Assembly (NCBI GenBank): GCA_002773335.1
Contig: PFBH01000014.1
Coordinates: 8,023-72,022 of the forward strand
DNA length: 64,000 bases
Direction of reading: 5' to 3'
Source: Candidatus Kaiserbacteria bacterium CG10_big_fil_rev_8_21_14_0_10_45_20
GTDB taxonomy: Bacteria > Patescibacteriota > Minisyncoccia > Phycocordibacterales > Phycocordibacteraceae
In this document: piece by piece, positions 57,128-64,000 of the stretch
Layout of the letters: the number at the start of each line of letters is the position of its first letter
Position numbering within the stretch: position 1 is the stretch's first letter
Notes under the pieces: model-generated
The model's input: the letters and a program-made list of their open reading frames with translations, nothing else
What the model was told of the DNA's origin: nothing
Databases searched by the model: none
Made by a program: the position numbers and the translations under genes

Positions 57128-58237
57128 ATGGCATCCTTTCTTTCAGGTTTTTCACAATCACTTAGTAATCTTGCCGGTGCATTTGCAAAAAAAGACGGCG
57201 AGAGCGTTTTTGGTATTGATATAGGAACATCATCTATAAAAGTAGTGCAGTTGGTTGAAAAGAAGGGGGTGGCGGTACTAGAGACCTATGGCGAAATCTC
57301 GCTTGGTCCGTACGCAGAGGCAGAAGTGGGGCAGTCAGTAAACCCACCACTTGAAAAGGCGTCTGAAGCGTTGGTTGACCTGCTTCGCGAAGCAAACGTA
57401 ACGGCAAAAACCGGCGGTGTCTCTATCCCACTTTCATCAAGTCTTATTAGTGTTATCAGTCTTCCTACAAGAAACGAAGAAGATTTGGCGACAATGATCC
57501 CCATAGAGGCACGAAAGTACATCCCCGTCCCCGTGTCTGAGGTAACGCTTGACTGGTTTGTTATCCCCGAAGCAGAAGCAGAGTTTTTGAGCGCCGCGGG
57601 TAGTGAACGCGCAAAAAATGCCACCGACGTGTTGCTTGTTGCTATCCACAACGCCGCGTTAGAGCGGTACCAGTCTATTGTTTCAGGAGCAAAACTGTCG
57701 CCTCGGTTTTTTGAAATTGAACCGTTTAGTATTTCACGGTCTGCCTACGAACACAGCACCGCTCCGGTGATGATTGTTGACTTGGGAGCGTCAAGTACCC
57801 GTGTGTACATTATAGAGTTTGGCATTGTCGATGTTTCGCACACCATTAGTCGCGGTTCACAAGACATTACCCGTTCTCTGGCGCAGTCAAAAAATTTGAC
57901 GTTTCTTGAAGCAGAAAAACAAAAAAGACGGACCGGTGTTTCTGAAACTGAAGCGGGGCTCTCTACACTCGAGTATGTGTTTTCAGAAGCAAAGCGAATC
58001 TTTTTAACGTACCAAAGAAAAGAGGGGAAGGCGGTCTCTGAGATGGTGCTCGTTGGAGGAGGAGCGTCTCTGAAAGGAATTGAAGACATCGCTAAGAAAT
58101 ATTTTGACGCGCCGGTTTCAATATCAAACCCATTTGATAAAACGTCAGCCCCAGCGTTTGTTATTGATGTACTGAAAGACGCAGGACCTTCGTTTGCTCC
58201 GGCGGTGGGGCTCGCGCTTCGCGCGTTGAAGCAATAA
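57128..58237 (+). CDS. pilM: Type IV pilus assembly protein PilM (actin-like)
   Basis: VFGIDIGTSSIKVVQL and an actin/FtsA-like fold. The start is set at the Met that avoids overlapping comF. Confidence 0.75.
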   Translation: MASFLSGFSQSLSNLAGAFAKKDGESVFGIDIGTSSIKVVQLVEKKGVAVLETYGEISLGPYAEAEVGQSVNPPLEKASEALVDLLREANVTAKTGGVSIPLSSSLISVISLPTRNEEDLATMIPIEARKYIPVPVSEVTLDWFVIPEAEAEFLSAAGSERAKNATDVLLVAIHNAALERYQSIVSGAKLSPRFFEIEPFSISRSAYEHSTAPVMIVDLGASSTRVYIIEFGIVDVSHTISRGSQDITRSLAQSKNLTFLEAEKQKRRTGVSETEAGLSTLEYVFSEAKRIFLTYQRKEGKAVSEMVLVGGGASLKGIEDIAKKYFDAPVSISNPFDKTSAPAFVIDVLKDAGPSFAPAVGLALRALKQ

Positions 58238-58314
58238 TAAAAACTATTAAGTCTTTTCCACTGCCACCGTGGCACAACAGGAAACAGAGTTTTCTATAGT
58301 GATACACTTACCAT

Positions 58315-59028
58315 ATGCAAGAACGTGTTAAAACGTCGTTCATTCCCAAAGCGTCTCTTAAAAGTGAGCGCGCGAGGACACCAAGTAAATCCCCGATGGG
58401 GCTCTTAAACTTGATCTCAGTCATTCTTTTAATTCTCGCCATTGTCGGAGGGGTTGGAGCATTTCTGTTTCAGCAGTTTGTGACACAAAGTATCGTGAGC
58501 AAAAAAGCATCTCTTGAAAAAGCACGAGCAGCGTTTGAGCCCGCAACAATAAAAGAGCTTTCTCGTCTCAATGCGCGGTTGCTTATCGGCCAAAATTTAC
58601 TCGACGGGCATGTAAGTTTTTCAAACTTATTTAATGAGATTGAAGTACTCACGCTCGAAAATGTTCGTTTCAGAGAGTTTACCCTTGAAGAAACATCACC
58701 GGGGAATATGAAGGTATCAATGGACGGAACTGCAAGTAGCTTTAACGCACTTGCGGGACAAGCAGATGCGTTTGGGAAGAGTAGGATTTTGCAAGAATCA
58801 GTCTTTGCCGACTTTAACGTAGACGCGTTTGGCGCGGTAGTATTTACGTACACTGCGACGGTTAACCTTGACGAGTTGAAGTATACGCCATCGTCTTCTT
58901 CTGCCCCTGCTCCAGAGCCGATTGAAACAACACCTCCTGCCGAGCAGGGTGGAGAGGCATCCTCAGTAGATACTCAACCTGAACCAACTCAACCTGAACC
59001 AACTCAACCTGAAGAAACAACACCATGA
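58315..59028 (+). CDS. pilN: PilN-like bitopic membrane protein (Pro/Glu/Thr-rich C-terminal repeats)
   Basis: Single N-terminal transmembrane segment, then a periplasmic domain. Position follows pilM. Tail QPEPTQPEPTQPEETTP. Confidence 0.55.
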   Translation: MQERVKTSFIPKASLKSERARTPSKSPMGLLNLISVILLILAIVGGVGAFLFQQFVTQSIVSKKASLEKARAAFEPATIKELSRLNARLLIGQNLLDGHVSFSNLFNEIEVLTLENVRFREFTLEETSPGNMKVSMDGTASSFNALAGQADAFGKSRILQESVFADFNVDAFGAVVFTYTATVNLDELKYTPSSSSAPAPEPIETTPPAEQGGEASSVDTQPEPTQPEPTQPEETTP

Positions 59029-59567
59029 AAACACTCTTTCCAATTCTCTTTATTCTTGTTGCCGGAGGTATTCTCTTTGGCTTTATAAACCCGACATGGA
59101 GCGAGATTAAAGTGCTCCGCGAAGAAGAAGAGAAGTATAACTCTGCCCTTGATAGGTCGCGCTTGTTACAAGAAACGCGAGACCAACTGCTTTCGCGGTA
59201 CAACACATTCTCTCCTGCAGAGTTGGCACGTCTCGAAAAGTTTTTGCCAGATAACGTTGACAATGTGCGGCTTATCTTAGACATAGACTCTATCGCAGGG
59301 AGGTACGGTATGCGCATCCGAGACGTGATCCTCAGCTCTGACACATCGCGAACGGACCTCGGTCAGCTTGGACCTGACGAAAACAGGTTTGACTCACGCA
59401 TACTCTCTTTCTCGGTGACAGGTTCGTACACCGAGTTTAGAGCATTCCTTGAAGATCTTGAGCAGAGCCTCCGTTTGGTTGATGTAATGAAAATTACATT
59501 TAGCTCGACGGACTCGGGCGTGTATGATTATTCGCTTTCTATAAAAACGTATTGGCTAAAACCATGA
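59025..59567 (+). CDS. pilO: PilO-like bitopic membrane protein
   Basis: N-terminal transmembrane segment, a coiled coil, operon position. Confidence 0.5.
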   Translation: MKTLFPILFILVAGGILFGFINPTWSEIKVLREEEEKYNSALDRSRLLQETRDQLLSRYNTFSPAELARLEKFLPDNVDNVRLILDIDSIAGRYGMRIRDVILSSDTSRTDLGQLGPDENRFDSRILSFSVTGSYTEFRAFLEDLEQSLRLVDVMKITFSSTDSGVYDYSLSIKTYWLKP

Positions 59568-59869
59568 ATAAACTATTCCAACAGTATAAAAATGTCATCA
59601 TCGTCTTTGTCGTTGTGATAGGGCTCTTTGTCGCATACTCGATATTTTTTGGCGAAGAGGACACTGACACACTATCAGTAACAAATGTTGCCACCGAGCA
59701 AACCGTGGTAGAGCAAGAGCTTCTGTCTCTCTTGCTAGAGTTGCGCTCCATTACTCTTGATACGTCGCTCTTTGACGACCCACGTTTTAAATCTCTGAAA
59801 GATTTTAGCCAAGAGTTAACGTCTGAACCTGTTGGTCGCCCCAACCCATTCTCTCCTCTTGGTGAATAG
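59552..59869 (+). CDS. Small bitopic membrane protein (possible PilP-like component)
   Basis: Transmembrane segment plus acidic tail. Position only. Confidence 0.3.
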   Translation: MAKTMNKLFQQYKNVIIVFVVVIGLFVAYSIFFGEEDTDTLSVTNVATEQTVVEQELLSLLLELRSITLDTSLFDDPRFKSLKDFSQELTSEPVGRPNPFSPLGE

Positions 59870-59932
59870 GGGTCGTGCGAGGTGGATGAAATACCTCACG
59901 CAATCTTCATTAGTCTAGTATTATAAAAACAA

Positions 59933-61690
59933 ATGGATACGCTATCACTACTTGAAGAAAAAGGACTCATCGACAAGAGCGCCGTTGCCTCTATTAGAGA
60001 AGAGGTTGATGTGCAGGGTAAAAATCTCGAGCAAGCACTTCTTTCTCGAGGTGTCTCTCAATCAGATATTCTCTCTGCGTTAGGCAACTACTACCAAGTG
60101 CCAACAAAAATATTGGATAAAGGCTCTGCGATTCCGGAAGCAATCCTGAAATATATCCCCGAAGAGTCTGCGCGACACTACGGCTTTGTTCCTATTGGTA
60201 TTGAAGACGATATTCTTGAGATAGGAACCATTGACCCCGATAACCTCGAGGCAACTGAGGCGCTCAATTTTATTACCGCTCGCACCAACATTCCGTATAA
60301 GATATTCCTTATCTCAAACGAAGATTTTGAATCGGTGCTCAATATGTATAAAGGACTCAGCGGAGAGGTGGGGAAGGCGTTAACCGAGTTGCAGTCAACC
60401 ATTTCTGAAGACGACATTTCTGCTGCCGTTTCGTCGGGTGGAGAAGGTGAAACAACACCATCTTCAGAGAATAATAAAGCAATAAAAGAAGATGCTCCGG
60501 TTACCAAGATCGTCGCTTCAATTTTGCGTCACGCTGTTGATGGTCGTGCATCCGACATTCATATAGAGCCGACTCGTGAAGAGCTTCGTGTTCGGTTTCG
60601 TGTTGATGGTGTCCTCCATACGTCGCTCCGTTTACCAAAAAATGTTGAACGCGCGGTGTCTGCCCGTATTAAAGTACTCGCGTCATTGAAACTTGACGAA
60701 AGAAGAAAACCACAAGACGGACGCTTTTCAGCGACAATTGATAATCGGCGTATAGATTTTCGTGTTTCAACGTTTCCTACATACCATGGTGAAAAGGTGG
60801 TTATGCGTATCTTAGATCGCTCAAGTACACTTTTGACGCTTCAAGATATCGGACTCACCGCTGGCAATATTGAAAAAGTGCGAGAAGCAATTCGTCGACC
60901 ATACGGAATTATTATTATTTCCGGACCAACAGGCTCAGGTAAATCAACGACGCTGTATACGATGTTGCAAGAGTTGGAACGTACCGAACTTAACGTTGTT
61001 TCACTTGAAGACCCTGTTGAGTACGATGTTGAGGGTGTTTCGCAGTCGCAAGTTAGACCAGAGATTGGCTATACCTTCGCAGCCGGACTCCGTTCAATTT
61101 TGCGACAAGACCCCGACATTATTATGGTGGGAGAGATTCGTGACAAAGAGACCGCACAACTTGCGATTCAAGCCGCTCTTACCGGACACCTCGTTCTCTC
61201 TACGCTCCACACTAATAACGCCATTGGCGTAGTGCCTCGGCTCATTGATATGGGCATTGACCCATACTTGATCGCGCCAACACTTGTTCTTTCTATGGCG
61301 CAACGATTGGTGCGTAAGCGTTGCGAGGGGGCTGGAAAGCCAATGCCGGTTGAGGGTGCAGTGCAGTCGTTTATTAATAAAGAGTTCCAAGGAGTTCCTG
61401 AAGAGGTAATGAAAACAATTCCTCAGCCGAAAGAGGTATTTGGTATTGCTCCAAGCGATGGGTGTCCAAACGGTACGCGCGGACGAGTCGGTGTTTTTGA
61501 ATTTCTTCCTACTTCAAAAGAATTGGAGCGAGTTATTTTAGAGAACCCTGTCGAAGAAGAGATTTTCAAGATAGCCCGTGCGCAAGGTATGTTGACGATG
61601 AAAGAGGATGCTATTATTAAAATGTTAGAAGGAACGATTCCATTTGAAGAAGTGACGACACTTGGTGGAGACGTTGCCCTTGAATCTTAA
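59933..61690 (+). CDS. pilB: Second PilB/GspE-family type IV pilus ATPase
   Basis: GspE_N, Walker A GPTGSGKSTT, DIIMVGEIRD, HLVLSTLHTN. Paralog of the gene at 1592. Confidence 0.85.
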   Translation: MDTLSLLEEKGLIDKSAVASIREEVDVQGKNLEQALLSRGVSQSDILSALGNYYQVPTKILDKGSAIPEAILKYIPEESARHYGFVPIGIEDDILEIGTIDPDNLEATEALNFITARTNIPYKIFLISNEDFESVLNMYKGLSGEVGKALTELQSTISEDDISAAVSSGGEGETTPSSENNKAIKEDAPVTKIVASILRHAVDGRASDIHIEPTREELRVRFRVDGVLHTSLRLPKNVERAVSARIKVLASLKLDERRKPQDGRFSATIDNRRIDFRVSTFPTYHGEKVVMRILDRSSTLLTLQDIGLTAGNIEKVREAIRRPYGIIIISGPTGSGKSTTLYTMLQELERTELNVVSLEDPVEYDVEGVSQSQVRPEIGYTFAAGLRSILRQDPDIIMVGEIRDKETAQLAIQAALTGHLVLSTLHTNNAIGVVPRLIDMGIDPYLIAPTLVLSMAQRLVRKRCEGAGKPMPVEGAVQSFINKEFQGVPEEVMKTIPQPKEVFGIAPSDGCPNGTRGRVGVFEFLPTSKELERVILENPVEEEIFKIARAQGMLTMKEDAIIKMLEGTIPFEEVTTLGGDVALES

Positions 61691-61696
61691 AACTGT

Positions 61697-62104
61697 ATGG
61701 ATACACAAAAAAACACAAAAGACATCTCCATTATGCTCGTTGACGATGATAGGTTTCTTCTTGATATGTATGCGCTCAAATTTAAAGAGCATGGGTGCGC
61801 AGTAGAGGCGATTGCTGATTCAGAAAAAGCACTCGAGCGTATCCGTGGGGGAGCACACCCCGATATTATTCTCCTTGATATTATTATGCCGGGTATTGAC
61901 GGGTTCCAGTTTCTTGAAGCCCTTAAAAAAGAAGGACTTACGGGAAACACAATTGTTATCGTACTTTCAAATCAGGGAGTAAAAGAAGACATTGATAAAG
62001 CGCTCTCTCTTGGAGCGGAAGGGTTTATCGTAAAGGCAAGTGCTATTCCTTCTGAAGTGCTTCAGAAGACATTAGAGTTTGCAGAAAAAGCACATAAAGC
62101 ATAA
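61697..62104 (+). CDS. Stand-alone response-regulator receiver (CheY-like) domain protein
   Basis: LVDDD...ILLDIIMPGIDGF...KASAIP. The phospho-acceptor Asp is present. Confidence 0.75.
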   Translation: MDTQKNTKDISIMLVDDDRFLLDMYALKFKEHGCAVEAIADSEKALERIRGGAHPDIILLDIIMPGIDGFQFLEALKKEGLTGNTIVIVLSNQGVKEDIDKALSLGAEGFIVKASAIPSEVLQKTLEFAEKAHKA

Positions 62105-62110
62105 GTACCT

Positions 62111-63178
62111 ATGGCAATAGATTATAAAACAGAAATAGATTCTCTTTTTGAAACGGTAATCGCCGAAGGCGCCTCAGATTTACACCTTTCATCAGATATG
62201 AATCCGATTATCCGCGTATCGGGTTCATTGATTCCGTTAGTAAAAAGACAAAAATTTACTTCAAACGATATCTCTGCGTTTTTGGATGTAATGACAACGC
62301 CAGAGAAAAAGAAGCTGTTTTTAGAAACACAAGAACTTGATTTTTCTGTACAGTATAAAGACCTCGCCCGCTTTCGGGGCAACGCATTTTTTGAACGAGG
62401 GACCATCTCAATTGCCCTCAGAATGATTCCCCGTGAGATAAAGACACTTGACCAACTTCAACTACCGCCAATTTTAGAAACGTTTACGCAACTGCAACAG
62501 GGATTCTTTTTGGTGGTCGGTCCCGTGGGACAAGGTAAATCAACAACACTCGCCGCAATGATTGAGATGATAAATCAGACACGCACCGAGCACATTATTA
62601 CCATTGAGAATCCTATAGAATATTTGTTTGAATCAAAGCGTTCAATTGTCGCGCAACGCGAAGTAAAAGTTGATACCCAAAGTTTTCGTAACGCACTTAC
62701 CTCTGCCTTTCGAGAAGACGTAGACGTTATTATGGTCGGAGAGATGCGAGGCCCAGACACGATGGCTGCCGCGGTAACCGCAGCCGAAACAGGGCACTTA
62801 GTGCTCTCAACACTGCACACAAACAATGCCGCGCAGACAATTGACCGTATTATTGATACGTTTCCACCGGGGCAACAAGATCAAATTCGTATCCAGCTTG
62901 CCGCATCACTCGCCGGTATCTTTTCACAGAGACTGATTCCTCGTATTTCGGGAGGACTTATCCCTGCGTACGAGCTTCTGATAAACAACGAAGCAATCGC
63001 AAATCTTATTCGCGATAAGCGCACGCACGAAATTAACTCTGTTATAGAGACGGGTATGGAGTCTGGCATGATTGATATGAACCGATCTCTTGCAGAGTTG
63101 GTGCGACGAGGTGAAATTACACCAGAGAATGCACTCTCTCGTTCATTAAATCCAAAGGCGTTCAGTAAGATACTATAA
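62111..63178 (+). CDS. pilT: Type IV pilus retraction ATPase PilT
   Basis: 355 aa, Walker A GPVGQGKSTT, HLVLSTLHTN, no GspE_N domain. Confidence 0.85.
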   Translation: MAIDYKTEIDSLFETVIAEGASDLHLSSDMNPIIRVSGSLIPLVKRQKFTSNDISAFLDVMTTPEKKKLFLETQELDFSVQYKDLARFRGNAFFERGTISIALRMIPREIKTLDQLQLPPILETFTQLQQGFFLVVGPVGQGKSTTLAAMIEMINQTRTEHIITIENPIEYLFESKRSIVAQREVKVDTQSFRNALTSAFREDVDVIMVGEMRGPDTMAAAVTAAETGHLVLSTLHTNNAAQTIDRIIDTFPPGQQDQIRIQLAASLAGIFSQRLIPRISGGLIPAYELLINNEAIANLIRDKRTHEINSVIETGMESGMIDMNRSLAELVRRGEITPENALSRSLNPKAFSKIL

Positions 63179-63187
63179 AGATACTCT

Positions 63188-64000
63188 ATGTTATTTAAAT
63201 ACAAAGCAGTTGATAAAAATGGTACAGCACAAGAAAGCACGATTGATGCTGTCTCTCGTGATATTGCCATTAACTCACTCCAGTCACGAGGCTTCATTGT
63301 CTCTTCTGTTGAGCCGGTAGACGAAGGAGGCGACGGTTTATTTAAAAACATTGTCTTGTTTGAAAGTGTTTCAAACAAAGACATCGTGCTGTTGTCGCGA
63401 CAAATCTCTACGCTCTTTGAAGCACAGGTTTCGGCACTTCGAATTTTCCGATTACTTGCCTCTGAGGCAGATACTCCTTTGATGCAAAGAATACTGACGG
63501 CTGTTGCCGATGATTTGCAGGCAGGTAGTCCAATATCAAAAGCACTTTCTAAACACCCAAAGGCGTTCAGTGACTTTTACGTCAATATGATTAAGGCAGG
63601 TGAGGAGGCGGGAAAGCTCGACGAAACCTTCTTGTACCTTGCAGACTATATGGATAGATCGTACGCGGTTTCATCTAAAGCACGAAACGCACTTATTTAT
63701 CCGGCCTTTGTTATCTCGACATTCTTTATCGTGATGATTCTGATGATGACAATGGTTATTCCACGAATTTCTCAAATTTTGATTGACTCGGGGCAAGAAA
63801 TACCGGTCTACACGCAAGTTGTTATTGCAATTAGTAACTTTTTTGTTGATTTTGGCCTCTTCTTATTGGTGTTGGTAGTTGTTGGTGGCTTTTTCTTCTT
63901 CCGGTATGTAACAACCGGTGCGGGGAAGGGCGCACTTGATCGGCTCCAGCTTGGTTTGCCGTACGTGGGCGACCTGTTTAGAAAATTGTACCTTTCTCGT
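63188..64000 (+). CDS. pilC: Second PilC/GspF platform protein (5' part, runs off the window)
   Basis: The translation from the ATG at 63188 has GspF-domain features and stays open to the window end. Confidence 0.7.
   Translation, partial: MLFKYKAVDKNGTAQESTIDAVSRDIAINSLQSRGFIVSSVEPVDEGGDGLFKNIVLFESVSNKDIVLLSRQISTLFEAQVSALRIFRLLASEADTPLMQRILTAVADDLQAGSPISKALSKHPKAFSDFYVNMIKAGEEAGKLDETFLYLADYMDRSYAVSSKARNALIYPAFVISTFFIVMILMMTMVIPRISQILIDSGQEIPVYTQVVIAISNFFVDFGLFLLVLVVVGGFFFFRYVTTGAGKGALDRLQLGLPYVGDLFRKLYLSR

Noticed and set aside
1-64000. CRISPR arrays, reverse transcriptases, integrases, restriction-modification or toxin-antitoxin pairs
   Set aside because: I looked for short regularly spaced repeats, YxDD, integrase R-H-R-Y contexts and paired small ORFs. 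None were found. The only repeats are the tRNA/tmRNA-derived and IS-associated ones reported above.

Overview
This 64 kb window looks like a small, streamlined genome of the CPR/Patescibacteria (Parcubacteria-like) type. It uses the standard genetic code, has compact gene spacing and roughly 45% GC.

The core is a ribosomal superoperon on the + strand: rpsL-rpsG-fusA, then (after an interruption) tuf-rpsJ-rplC-rplD-rplW-rplB, then rpsS through rplE, then rpsN-rpsH-rplF-rplR-rpsE-rplO-secY, followed by gmk, an adk-like gene and map. There is no L30 gene between rpsE and rplO, which is a CPR hallmark.

Two type IV pilus/competence loci flank the window. The left one carries pilB-pilC and three prepilin genes. 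The right one carries comF, pilM-pilN-pilO, a second pilB, a receiver-domain gene, pilT and a second pilC. A DNA-uptake/processing cluster (recJ, RNase H-like, comEC, a separate ComEC-type MBL-domain protein, a HIT protein) sits near the left pilus locus.

Other housekeeping genes: nusA (partial), tpiA, pgk, a superoxide dismutase family gene, rpmB, two methyltransferases (one SpoU/TrmH-type), an M50 protease, ndk, a beta-CASP MBL ribonuclease, the infC-rpmI-rplT operon, smpB, ftsH, recG and a malic enzyme.

RNA genes are a tmRNA (ssrA) downstream of smpB, a tRNA with anticodon UAU, and a tRNA-Ser(GCU).

Unusual content:
- An IS200/IS605-like HuH tyrosine-transposase element sits between rplB and rpsS.
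- A 2.3 kb antisense block of three unknown genes (two are paralogs) is wedged between fusA and tuf.
- A 720 bp structured non-coding insert with its own strong promoter separates rplE from rpsN.
- A soluble 955 aa TraD/VirD4-like P-loop ATPase follows map, where infA-rpmJ-rpsM... would be expected.
- A 245 bp GC-rich intergenic island lies upstream of ndk.
- An HTH plus LAGLIDADG-like ORF, bracketed by 14 bp direct repeats, abuts the tRNA(UAU).
- The 3' ends of ssrA and of tRNA-Ser are duplicated in ways typical of past site-specific integrations.

All calls come from reading the translations and motifs by eye. No database searches were run.
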